A stretch of 64,000 nt of DNA from Rhynchobatus australiae (Eukaryota). The stretch spans positions 15,837,487 through 15,901,486 of the forward strand of contig JAUZTB010000075.1 of the NCBI GenBank assembly GCA_034780895.1, read 5' to 3'. Numbering within the stretch: the first letter of the stretch is position 1; each line of letters opens with the position of its first letter. Positions 26,101 to 37,960 of the stretch are shown in pieces. A program made the position numbers and the translations under genes. Below the pieces are notes generated by a model that made no database searches, had not been told where the DNA came from, and worked only from the letters and a program-made list of their open reading frames with translations.

Positions 26101-26999
26101 ATGTTTAAGTAGATGTCATGGGACTTCATGGAATCTGATGTCAATGCTGAGGATCCCCAAGGCTACTCACTCCTGACTGAATACCACTCTGCACCTATGT
26201 TGGGTTGTCCTACTGGTGAATAGGATGCACTGAAAGATTGTAATAAAGAAGTCTGGGCCGTTGGCTATAAGTTTGAGAATGCCAGGATTGTTGCTTAACC
26301 GTTATGTGGGACTGCAATCCCAATTTAGACTACCCCCAGATGCTTGTAAAGAAAGCTTTGCAGGGTGATCTGAATTGGCTGTGGTGCTGTGACATTTGCA
26401 TGCAATTCGACATGTGTGGCACTATGCATGCAAAATATTATGTGTTAAATGATGATTTCAATGTGAGTAGTGTCAGTAGTCAGTACTTTCAGTGTCAGTA
26501 GTTTCATATGTTGTGGCTCTTCAGTCACAACAAACGAAACTTATTGGTAATTTCTGAATTTTAAAGATTCACTCTTTATGGACTCTAGATTCATCTTGAC
26601 AATTAAATAAAACTGCAGATGATGGAAATCTGACTTAAAAACAAAATGTGCTGGAGATCCTCATCAGGTCAGAGAGACCGCATCAGTGCAAGAGGAAGTC
26701 AGGGTTCCAATCAAAGATCACTCATCAGAACACAGAATATTTTGCACTCTTTAATGCTGGCAGATTAACAGCAAGCATATATAAAACCACAACTGATATA
26801 GTTTAAATCAGGAAGAGATCCCAAATGGAATAGAATTTACACCTTTTCCCCAGTTTACCTAATGATTTTTTTTGCCATGGATATTGCTGAACTGCCTGAT
26901 ACTTTGCTTGCCATTGATTTTATTAGAATGCGCTTACTTTGANNNNNNNNNNNNNNNNACCAAATTATCTCCCTCATTTCCAAAACTCAAAGAAAAACA

Positions 27000-27315
27000 G
27001 GGACAGTGTGTAGTTCTGCAGTTCACAGCTCTAGCAATCTAGGTTCAATCCTGATTTCTGGACCTGTCTGTGTAGAGTTTACTCATTGTGACCATGTGGG
27101 TTTCCTCACACGTGCTGGTTGTTATAATTGGTTATTATAAATTCCCAGTAGTGTAGTTGCATAATAAAGGAATCAGAGGGAATTACTGGGCATGTGAGAC
27201 AGGATATTTAACAGAGAAGTAACTGAGAGAATAGGATTGATGGGATTGCTTTGAGATTTGGCATAGACGTGATGGGCTGAATGGTCTCCTTCTATGCTGC
27301 TAAAAACATAAGAAC
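27000..27315 (+). mobile_element. V-domain SINE (HE1-like)
   Basis: ggttcaatcctga..tgtctgtgtagagttt..gtgaccatgtgggtttcctc, with the same 3' half as 5985-6262. Confidence 0.7.
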
Positions 27316-30099
27316 ATTAATGACATAAATGGGCACCCATTGAAACTGCAGGATTACATGGAATACCAGTGGTGATGAGTTCTGAAACCAGAACAATATC
27401 ACCGGAGACCAATCTTCTGATTGAGGGAGTGAACCACTAACAAAGAAGATGATTCACTTTACATTTCTAAAAATATTTTCCTTTTTAAACATCAGATAAT
27501 ATAAATAAAATATTTTATACCTGTAAATACATCCCAAAGTACTTCACAAGAGCATAAACAAACAAATTTTGATGCCATGAAACATAAGGCCTAATGAGGT
27601 AAGCTCAATAAGGAAAACTACTGAAAAACCCAGAAGAACAGATGAATCTTGGAGCGCATGTCCATATATCTCTGAAGATATCAGGACTGGCAGATACGGT
27701 AGTTACGATGCCATACGGGTTATTTGCTTTTATGACTTGAGGTATTTGAATTTAACAGCAAGGCAGTTATGCTTGAACTGTGTAAAACACTAGTGAATTT
27801 GTAGCAAATCCAGGTCTACATTTCTGAACACCACATTACAGGACCATGGTCAGTTAACCCTGATGATTGCTGCTATAATGAGCTTGACTTTAAAAACATA
27901 CTGCACTGAATTGTGCTGACGCTGGCCAGCAGTTCTGAATTCAGCCATTTTTGAGTAAGTGAACCCTATTCTTGTATGCACCCACTCAAATCCAAAACTG
28001 AAAATTGAAATAAAACATCAGATGACTGAAATCTGAAATAAAAATAGAAAACACTGGAAATGTGCAGCAGGTCAGGCAGCATCTGTGGAAAGAGAAACAA
28101 TTAACGTTTCAAGTCCAAGACCCATTATCAAAGTTGGGAGAGAAAATCAGTTGGTTTTCAGTAGCATGGGGCTTACTGTCATTGGAATTGTCACCTCATC
28201 CTGTTGCTGGACTGCATGAATTGACTCACTCCTTATGACTGCCTTTTGAAACATTTTCCAAGTCCCTGCATTTATTCCCGTGAAAGCTCACTGAGAGATT
28301 TTGGAGTATTTCTTTCTCTTATCCTAATATGCTTGTTAATGTTTCAGCAACATTAATTTCCATTTAAGTAGCAACTTCAATACAGCAAATAGTGGCAGTG
28401 CGCTTCATGGGGATGTCATCAAACAAAAATTGAAACTGAACCACATGGAGAGTTTATGAGCAAACCCGAGCAGAGGTAACTTGAATGAGCAGTTTAGAGC
28501 AGGGGAGATGTCGAGGATAAATCAGTCTTTCAAATACTGAAAGGTTTGCGACACTAATTAGAATCTGTGGCATTTGGGAAAATCAGACAGGATCTAGAAA
28601 AGAGATGACATCCATCCTAAAGTTAACAAGGTTGATTTGAGGAAAGTGCATCTCCGTGCAAACTCATACTGACATATAAAATAATCACCAATAAATCCAA
28701 TCAGAAAAACTGCTTTAACAATGTCAGGTCTTTTTGTAGTTTCGAAAGAGTTGAAGCCAAACTGCCTACACAGACAACGAGAGGGTCAGATGTTTCAGTG
28801 AGGTTGACGGAGGGGCTCTCGCTGCAGTAGGTGGGCTCTGTGGGGCGGACGGTTGCTGATTACCCGGTTAACTCGGTGGCAGACATTACATCAAAAGCGA
28901 GGCAAAACGACCGAGCGGCTAATCTGTGTATTTGTTTTTCTTTGAAAAGATTCCAAATCAAAACTAGTGTACTTAACGCATTCAAACTAACGCTCCTTCG
29001 AAAGTTTGGGATTAGCGTGATCCATATTTTCCCCGAGTTTAAAAACTTTAAAAACGGCCGAAACCTGATATAAAAACGTGGGAGGTTGTGGGACTGGGGG
29101 CGGTGGAGTGAGGTAGGGATCTTCAAAGCAGGACCAATGTTTAATTTGTGACTTTATAGCTCCTTTTGGTTTGAGAAAACCCAATAACAACAATATTGGT
29201 GAAGAGATTTTTTCCCCTGCCTGGAATCTGGCTTCCAAGCATTCACACCACAACTCATCGGCAGACCTGTTTTGGAGGGGAAAACTATTTAAGAAGTTAC
29301 TGTGCTGTTTCACTCTGTGCAAAGTGCACGCATTGCAGCTGAGCTGGAAGAAAAGAGTGCCAGCGAACGGAGAGGTTCGCTGCCAAGTCCCGCTGTACCT
29401 TAAACGTCTTAAATAAACCCTTCCCGAGCTCTTACGGTTTCTAATTCCAAGGAAACCGCATGGTTCAGGGAGACAGGGCCGCAGGAAGCTTCTATCCTCC
29501 GCAGGTTCAGAAAGCAACCGAGCAAACCATTCCACTTTGTGACACGTCTCCCCTCGCCTGACTGTCCCACAGAGCATTAATCCGTTGGTTTATCCCGCCA
29601 CGAAATGGCAGGTGATTTCACTCCTTCGGGTGGGGCCTTTTTTGTTATTCTGTACGTGCAGACAACTAATTTTCATCGCGCCGTCTCCACAAGCTAGGTT
29701 GGGAGAAGCAGTATGACCCCGGGGTTTTGCTCGGTACCTGCACAGACAGAATGAGCAATCATTCTGGTCCAGTCAGTCCGACATGAAGAGCGCTGACCAA
29801 GTGCCCACGGAAGGTTCCTGTCACTCCTATCAACGCCGCTGCAACTCATTCTTAAAGACCTATTAGAAGCACCAACTTCGATGCTGTAAGTATCGGTTAA
29901 GGTAAATCGTTCCTATTCTCAGTGATGGAGACCGCAGTAAAGTCAGGTACTTTGCACAAATGGGTGGTAAAGCGACTCTATTTTCTGGCCTGATTCCTAG
30001 TTTTCAGCTCCTACCTTTTTTAAAAATTGAACTTTGGAATCATTAGAAGGGGGACATTCGGTGCATCACACCGGCGAAGAAAGCAACTTTAAACGAATC

Positions 30100-30420
30100 C
30101 CATTTGGAGTCAAACAGCACGGGAACAGGCCCTTCTGCCCATCATATGCATGCCAGCCATCAAGTACTACACTAGTCCCATTCACCAGCACTTGGTCCAT
30201 TGCTTTCCGTGCCTTGGCAATTCAAGTGCTCGTCCAGAGTTTTCTTTCAGTGTTGCATGAGTCCCTGCCTCCACCACCCGTTCAGCCAGTGCGTTCCAGA
30301 TCCCAACTACCTTTGGGTGAAAAAATATCTTCCTCAGATACCCTCTAAATACCTTATGCCTTGTCCTAAATCTATATTCTAAATCCTTTGCCCTGTGGGG
30401 AAATTCCTGCGGTGTACACA
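30100..30420 (-). mobile_element. CR1 3' fragment (related copy at about 20715-20980)
   Basis: FFHPKVVGIWNALAERVVEAGT, the CR1 ORF2 C-terminus. Confidence 0.85.
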
Positions 30421-31198
30421 CTCGATGCCCCTTACAATGTTCCCAGAACCCAGTCTAAACATTTCTTTTTGGCTGTACCGCAGGTGCTCAACAAGCTACT
30501 TTTTGGTGAGAGGTTTTGGCCTTTGACGAAGAGTTCCAGACCCCGGCCCTTCTTGGGTCAAAACAAATTCTCTCGAGCTCCACTTTATCATCAATTTGTC
30601 CTCCCACCACCCCCCACCCCCCAGTTTCTGGCTTTGTGATAAGGGGAATGAGTCTGTCCTATGGGGCCGACTCATAATTTTATACACTTACTGGTGGGAC
30701 ATGGCGGTCGTTGGCAAGAACAGCATTCATTGTGCATCCCCGACTATCACAAGCAGGGGTTAACTTTAAATTTGGTTCAACCGTATTATAGATTTGTTTT
30801 GATGACTGCGGTTTTAAAAATAGTTTCGTTGCTTTGTCTGGGTCTATTTAATAATGTTACAATTCATAATTCGTAAGGTCCTCCGGCTCCTCTTGTTAAA
30901 TGAAATTTGCATTGGCGACACGAATTCAAATTAGGACTTTATGTCACTCTTATTATTTCCGTTCTTCTGGAATAGAACTTTATGTTGGAACTCTTATCTG
31001 GGGAAAGCACGTCTCAGCACAGTGAAGGATGGATAGAATGGCTGGGCAGGCCGAGTGGTTTATTGGTAATCCTCTCCGATTCTTTAAATCACCGCAATTC
31101 GATAAAACAATGGAAACCACACGGAAACAAGTACTGTCTGAGAAAACAGAATCTGTACACGTGCATGCAATGTACAGAAAAAATAGGCGGGTCTTTCA

Positions 31199-31235
<37 letters not shown>
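31199..31235 (+). repeat. (CT)n microsatellite at a gap edge
   Basis: Direct read. Confidence 0.9.
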
Positions 31236-31861
31236 NNNNNNNNNNNNNNNNNNNNNNNNNNNNNNNNNNNNNNNNNNNNNNNNNNNNNNNNNNNNNNNNN
31301 NNNNNNNNNNNNNNNNNNNNNNNNNNNNNNNNNNNNNNNNNNNNNNNNNNNNNNNNNNNNNNNNNNNNNNNNNNNNNNNNNNNNNNNNNNNNNNNNNNGA
31401 ATGCCACACTATTGAACGTGCATTTTTATTTAAGTGAATGATGGCACTATTTTGATCAACACTCAAAATCCGAAGTTAACTGATTTACAGATTGTTTGGG
31501 GGAGTTTGCTGCTCGTAGAATGAGTTCCTTTCCCCACATTACAGCGGTTGAGTTCACTTCAAAAGGCCCAGGTTGACTGCAAGGTGTTCTGACAGGCGAA
31601 AGAAGTTATAATCTGACAATAAAAGGTGTTAAACTGTGGGCAGATATACAGACCTGCGTAAGAACCGCCGGCCACACACACATCTGCAAGCAAAGACGCA
31701 GCGCTCCCAGACGGCTTCTGTTGCAAAACTCATTTAAATGATACTGCCGCCCGTCCGAAATACAACCGGCTCGACTGGGAGACTCCGAAAGCGTTAAAGG
31801 AGATTCGGAGGCCGCCACCCCGCTTCTGATCAGAGGCGAATACGATTTGTTGTTAGTCTGG

Positions 31862-31893
31862 TGACGTAGGGATATTCATAATCTGGGTTTAAA
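31862..31893 (+). promoter_or_regulatory. Candidate ADRB3 core promoter: CRE-like TGACGT plus TATA-like TTTAAA
   Basis: TGACGTAG at 31862 and TTTAAA at 31888, about 135 nt upstream of the ATG in a CpG-enriched stretch. Confidence 0.4.
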
Positions 31894-31958
31894 CCTACAG
31901 AGTGAGTGACTGAGAAAGACACACGCACACTCGCACACACAGACAGCGACAGAAGAAG

Positions 31959-32045
31959 ATGATCTCAGCCTGGCGCCGGCGTCCCGAATGCGGAGGGCTT
32001 CAGCGGCAGTTTTTAACTTCAGCATGGAAGGGTTGCGAGGTGTGA
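31959..32045 (+). promoter_or_regulatory. Out-of-frame upstream ORF (28 aa) overlapping the receptor start codons
   Basis: aagATGatc at 31959 reads [28 protein letters not shown] and stops at TGA 32043-32045. Confidence 0.5.
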
Positions 32046-33220
32046 ATGGCACGGCGCAGGTCAATTCCCAGAACTCCAGTGAAGAGTTGTCATGGTCCAA
32101 GCAATGGGCTCTGGCCGCAGTCTTCACCGTGATCATCCTCATCATTGTGTTGGGCAACCTGTTGGTGATTCTGGCTATCGCCAAGAACCCACGGCTCCAG
32201 ACCCTCACCAATGTGTTCATTACCTCATTGGCGTGTGCAGACTTGATCATGGGCGTTTTCGTGGTTCCACTGGGGGCCACTATCGTGGTGACTAACAAGT
32301 GGCTCTTGGACTCTCCTTTCTGCGAGTTTTGGACCTCTGTGGATGTACTGTGCGTCACGGCCAGTATTGAGACCCTCTGCGTAATTGCCATCGACAGGTA
32401 CATCGCCATTACTTCACCCTTGCGATACATGAGCCTGTTGACCAAAGCGCGGGCCAGGGCGATTGTGTGTCTGGTCTGGGCCATCTCGGCCCTGATCTCC
32501 TTCTTGCCCATCATGAACCATTGGTGGGAGGACTCGGATCCTTTGGCCCAGCAGTGCTACAGGGAGCCCACCTGCTGTGACTTCGTGACCAATTGGCCTT
32601 ACGCCATCCTGTCCTCTACCATCTCCTTCTACATCCCGCTGGTGGTCATGATCCTCCTGTATTCCAAGGTCTTCAGCGAGGCCAAGAAGCAGGTGAAGAA
32701 GATGAAGAGGAACACACCGAGGATAGGCGACGGCCAGCAGCAAAACAAAGGCAACAAAAGGAGACCTTCTAAGCTGCTGGCTCTGAAAGATCACAAAGCC
32801 CTTAAGACGCTCGGGATCATCATGGGGACCTTTACGCTCTGTTGGTTGCCGTTTTTCCTGGCCAACATCGTGCAAGTCTTGTTCAGGAACCGGATTCCGA
32901 GGACACTGTTTCTCTTCTGCAACTGGCTGGGGTATGTGAATTCTGGCTTTAACCCCTTCATCTACTGCCGGAGCTCTGACTTCAGAAAAGCCTTCAAGGA
33001 GATCCTATGTCTCGGCAGGACAGTCGAAGAGCCCGTGCTCCAAGATTCCAACCGTTACTGCCCGTGTGCTTTCGGCTGGCCCAACTCCATCCGACCACCT
33101 CCCGGGGTCGAGGACCCCACCGAGAACTCCAGCAGCAGCCGGTCCAGTAGTGAGAAGGCGAACGCGACTTCCCACCAAGTGAACGGGGATGTCCGATGCA
33201 CTTTGGAATCGGTGCTATGA
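32024..33220 (+). CDS. ADRB3: Beta-adrenergic receptor, beta3/beta4C type, single coding exon, 398 aa (in-frame upstream ATG at 31988 would add 12 aa)
   Basis: Seven TM helices with [36 protein letters not shown] (Asp3.32, DRY), SSTISF (catechol serines), CWLPFF, NWLGY (Asn7.39) and [17 protein letters not shown] and [19 protein letters not shown] resemble avian beta4C/ADRB3. ATG 32024 has a strong Kozak context (agcATGG). Confidence 0.9.
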   Translation: MEGLRGVNGTAQVNSQNSSEELSWSKQWALAAVFTVIILIIVLGNLLVILAIAKNPRLQTLTNVFITSLACADLIMGVFVVPLGATIVVTNKWLLDSPFCEFWTSVDVLCVTASIETLCVIAIDRYIAITSPLRYMSLLTKARARAIVCLVWAISALISFLPIMNHWWEDSDPLAQQCYREPTCCDFVTNWPYAILSSTISFYIPLVVMILLYSKVFSEAKKQVKKMKRNTPRIGDGQQQNKGNKRRPSKLLALKDHKALKTLGIIMGTFTLCWLPFFLANIVQVLFRNRIPRTLFLFCNWLGYVNSGFNPFIYCRSSDFRKAFKEILCLGRTVEEPVLQDSNRYCPCAFGWPNSIRPPPGVEDPTENSSSSRSSSEKANATSHQVNGDVRCTLESVL

Positions 33221-33331
33221 CCAGTGGGGAGTCTAAGCTCAAAGGGAAATGCCGCCCCCTTTGTTCTGTACCTCAATATCACAACCGTTGAGAAAGCAGC
33301 AAATCGTGGTCTATTCCCCTTTCCAATCAAC

Positions 33332-33337
33332 AATAAA
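33332..33337 (+). terminator. Candidate polyadenylation signal of the receptor gene (alternatives near 34028 and 34183)
   Basis: AATAAA about 110 nt after the stop codon. Confidence 0.3.
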
Positions 33338-35714
33338 CAAGGTCAGATTATTTACTGCTCCACTTTCCAGCCGTTACGTCTCCAACGCCTTGTAGCAGGA
33401 CCTTCACTGACAGATCAGTTGTTTTCGCGGGGGCTGTGGGGTGGTAATAACACAGTTTAGACATATAGTCTCTGAATTGTCCAGGACAGCACAGGGTAGG
33501 AGGGAAGAGTTCTCCTTAAAACAATGTAGACATTTCAGACAATTTATATCAACAGAGGTTTGTGGTGTGGGCGGCTGCACCGCAGGATTTCAGTTGCCCT
33601 TTGAAGACCAGCATAATGCCACAGGCTCCATCTATAATGTGTAATACGCCACATTCTGACCCCGGATGCGCCGGGTGGCGATAATCCAGGTTTCCTGAGA
33701 TTCTTTCTTTCGCCAGTCTGATTCTTACTTTCGTCAATATGATTGCACTTACGGAATGGACTGCAGGAGCGATTTTTTGCACAATTGTAAACAGTAAAAT
33801 AAGCACACATGTCAAATCTTAGTTCGTTCCTACGTGTGGAAAACCTACTGCCCCGAGGATCCCTAACAGCTCGGCTGAAATCAGACAGCAACCTTTCAGA
33901 TCTTATTTTTAAAATAACTCCCGTTAGCTGGGGCCGGTAGAGGGGACCTTTCGGACCTTTTTTTTTGTGTAGGGAGAGGGATTGGGGCCGAGTGGTGGGG
34001 ATCAAAATCTGAGATGGATTGAACTGAAATAAATTAACGATGGCTTGCTGCCGGAAGCTCGATCTCGACTTCTTTTTGTTCCAATTTTGTATTGTCACAG
34101 AGTTTGAATTTAAATGTTAAGTATTGGAAAAAGAGAGATAAAACAATATTATATGGGTAAGTGTGACATTTTCAACTGAAAAAATAAATTACAGAAAATG
34201 CCATGATATTCATTTTAAGATTTTTATAGTAATAGTACACTTACAATTCACATGTTATTAAACTTATTTTTACAATATGGCTTGTCTTGTACATTTGTCA
34301 CCTGTCTCGGAAATGTCCCAGGAGCACATTCCTTATTCTTTTGTGGGAGAGTGGGTGAATAGTGCTTCTGGAGATTTGAATTGCTCATTTTGGGGAAACT
34401 GAAATGAGGAGGGAATTGTACTGCGACTAAGTTATCAATGCCCGAATGGAACTGACCGAAACTCGAACTCAAAACCAGCGCGGCCGGGCGAAGGAAAGAG
34501 TAACACGGTTCACAGAATGAGAACTTATTATATAACAGTAGTCCATCAGCCCAAGCGTACCTAACTGTATAGTCTCCCTATACCCTTTATATCTCCTAAT
34601 TTCGAACAAAAAAACCCCTTCTCAATAATCCTTAAGTCGGCCACAATTATCGCGTGAAAAAAGGTATTCCAGCTTTCAATCGCATAATCTCCGGTTATTT
34701 TTCAAGAGATAATTGAAACTCAATTTTTCGTTGTAGTTAGTCCGGCAAGCAAAAAAAAACTTTCACGATTTATCACCTTCTAAAACCTTTCATTGCTCTG
34801 AAAGTCGCTCCGAGAACCAATCTCACCCTTCACCATTGCAGTGAAAACTCGCTTATTTTAGTTTCAATATATTTCCTTAACTAATCCATCGCACTAGACA
34901 TTACTCGAGTGGATTTCCTTCATAGCCTTTTCCTAACTTTTCAATAATCTGGTGAAACTATTAGAAATATATACAATTATTCCAATGTTTGGAATGCTCC
35001 AAATAATTTGAATCAGTTCAAAATCCTTCGTCCGTCTACGTAGAGACGGGAAGTTTGTACTTTAAGAATCACTGCTTTTGGGATCCGCAGCAGGGACATG
35101 AGACGGACTCGCTCAGTGTTAAAATTTTCAGCATCTACAATATTTTATTTTTTTAAATTTCACTGTCAATGTCCTTGTTTTTTTTTAAACGAACANNNNN
35201 NNNNNNNNNNNNNNNNNNNNNNNNNNNNNNNNNNNNNNNNNNNNNNNNNNNNNNNNNNNNNNNNNNNNNNNNNNNNNNNNNNNNNNNNNNNNNNNCCTTG
35301 TTTTTTTTTAAACGAACATTCTCTTGTAAAGCCTTTACCGTCCACATTTTCACCTCAAGATATATGCACCTATTTCTCATTTCTCCCTCGATTCGTGCGT
35401 CCAGTCACGTCTCTTTAAACATACCACGGCGCATTTCTCTGTTTTTAATTGCATTTGCTGCTTTCCTGGCATTGCATTCACCTTTTTTTTCTGTCTTTCT
35501 TCAGCCATTTATACGTTTTCTCAAATGGCCTCTCGCACGGTAGATGTAACAATTTTCGGTATCATTCTCACGTTTACATCCAAATCATTTTCATAATATT
35601 GTTTTGTACTCCATAACAATTTAAAAGCTCCGAACAAGCCTCATCAACATAACGTATATTTTTCTCTTCTTATGTTACCCAGCTTACACTGAAATACTAT
35701 TGGTTGCAAATGTT

Positions 35715-36570
35715 CTGGAGTCATAGTCACTGTGTGGCACAGCACAGAGACAGACCCTTCAGCCCACCACGTCCATGCCAACCATTCAATGCCAATCAAT
35801 AATAATTCTATTCGGACCATTTACTTGGTCTGCAGCAGAATAGATTCAACTGCTTGTCCAAATGCTTCTTAAATGTTGCGGGAGTCTCTGCCTCCACCAC
35901 CTTCTCAGGCACTGAATTCCAGATTGCAACTCCGGCGAAGTGAAAAAGTTTTTTTTCATTAATCCCCTCTAAGCCTCTTATTCTTCATCTTAAACATATT
36001 CCGTCTGGTCTTAGACATCACGGTCATGGGGGAAAGTTTCTTACCATCCACCGTATCCATTCACCTCATAATTTTGTATGTTTTTATCAGGTTTCCCCTC
36101 AGACTTCTATACTCAAAGGGAAACATCCAGTTTCTCCCCAGAACTGAAGCACCTCATTCCTGGAGATTCCCTCTGCATTCTATCCAGTGCAATCAGAGTC
36201 CTTCTGATTGTGAGGTGAACAGAACTTCACATAACATTCCAGCTGTGGCCGACCCAATGTTTTATAATGTTGTACCCTGACTTCCTGCTCCTTTATGTAC
36301 CAGCGAATGAAGGCATGCATCCCGTTTACCTTCTTTACCATCTTATCTACCTGTGCTGCCACCTTCAGGTATCCTCAGACTTGTACAGCAAGGAACCTTT
36401 GTTCCTCAATACTCTCTATAAGGCCCAATCATTCATAGTATATGTCCTATCTTATTAGAAACCCCCCACACCACTTCTCTCCCAAAATGCATTAAATCAG
36501 ACCTACCCAATTTTCCATTAATGCTGAACAAGGGATCCATCCCAAGCAAAGTCTCTGCAATTGATAAGCA
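35715..36570 (-). mobile_element. CR1 ORF2 3' portion, decayed
   Basis: AAQVDKMVKK..GM.AFI...YKTLGRPQLE.YV.F.SPH plus the CR1 tail. Confidence 0.9.
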
Positions 36571-36574
36571 CATA

Positions 36575-37460
36575 TTAACTCTGGAAACTCTCAGCAGGTT
36601 GGGCAGCACCTGAGAAAGGAGAAATGGTTGATGAATCACATCCAGGACATTTCTTTAGAACTGTGGAAGTTTTCAGTAGGAGCCAAAGCAGTGGATGTAT
36701 GGATAGGACAGAGGGAATGTGGGGTGAGCCCAGATGGGTTAATGGGTGCAAGTACAAGCATATCAAGGTTGTTTGTCTCAGTCACATGTTGTTAATGCTG
36801 ACACTTGGGGCATGGTCAGCAATCAAGACTATCTGAAAGAAATAAGGAAGATTTAATTAAGCATATTGTGCTTCTTACTCTCCATAATGTGTTGTTAATG
36901 GCCAAACTGTACACATAAAACAAGAAAAACCAAGTCAAAATGATGACAGTCAGTAATGACCATTTTTGGATGTAACAGAAAGCAAGAATGAATTATTTAA
37001 AGTTAGAGAATTCACCATTGCCTCTGGTAGGCTGAAATGTGCCCACAGAGAAGTTGGGGTGTGGTTGCTCAAGTTTGTGTTGGACCTCATTGTAACAATG
37101 CAGGAGGCCATACACTCATACATTGGAGAAACCAAATGCAGATTGGGTGATTACTTTGCAGAGCATGTGCATTCAGTCTTCATGACTAACTCTGATCTAG
37201 TAGCTGCCTGTCACTTTAATTCACAATCCCATTCTCACTCTGATCTTTCTGTCTGTAGCCTCCTGTATGATACAATGATGCCTATGCAAGCTTGAGAAAC
37301 AATACTCCATTTACCATCTGGAAATATTACAGCATTTCTGACTCAGTCGGTCCCTGACCTGAAATATTAACTGCTTCTCTTTCCACTGATGCTGCCTGAC
37401 CTGCTGGTTGCTCCAGTATTGTCTGCTTTTATTTCACATTTCCAGCATCTGCAGTTTTTT
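36575..37460. mobile_element. Penelope-like element remnant with inverted arms
   Basis: YIGETKCRLGDYFAEHVHSV...VAACHFNSQSHS (GIY-YIG endonuclease). 37030-37110 is the reverse complement of 37255-37333, and terminal repeats face outward at both ends. Confidence 0.85.
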
Positions 37461-37639
37461 CTTGGATTTTCATGCATTTAGCCCAGTTCCAAATCCATGA
37501 ATCCAGCCTCAAGGTTCTGTCATTCTTTAATACCATGTGTCTTGATTTTTGTAACATGCTTTTTGTTGAGCATTTTATTGAATGCCTTCCAGAATGTGTA
37601 CCCTAAGTAAATAAAGACATCCATTTCTCCAGTACCTTT

Positions 37640-37960
37640 CAACATACCAGGGCATTCCAGTGTTTAAGAGTAATGAGGTACCTTTGATGCACAGTCACCC
37701 TTGTGATATAGGATACAAAGCAGCCAATTGTCTCACAAATAGAATCTGAAAATAACCAGATACATTTCATTGGTATTGTTCATCAAGGAAAAAATCTAGC
37801 TTGGATTATCAGGAAGAAATCCTTGTCATTCTTCAAGAGCTAATAACAATGCAACAACCACCACTACTTGATTAGATTACGCACTTAGGTCTCTGTAGTG
37901 GGACCTGAATGAAGAATCTCCTAACTTTGAGACTAGAATGCTACCGTTCAGTCATGGTTA
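37640..37960 (-). mobile_element. Deu-domain SINE, decayed
   Basis: Same layout as 6640-7040 and 9560-9960. Confidence 0.5.

Noticed and set aside
28987-29577. 196-aa minus-strand ORF as a candidate TGIF upstream exon
   Set aside because: No homeodomain or PLDLS motif; a chance ORF in a GC-richer region.
31876-32875. Antisense ORFs of 212 and 153 aa
   Set aside because: Shadow frames of the GC-rich receptor CDS, with no recognisable motifs.
35173-35320. Direct repeat on both sides of a gap (also tttaatag around 5174-5273)
   Set aside because: Typical unmerged contig overlap across a 100-N gap.
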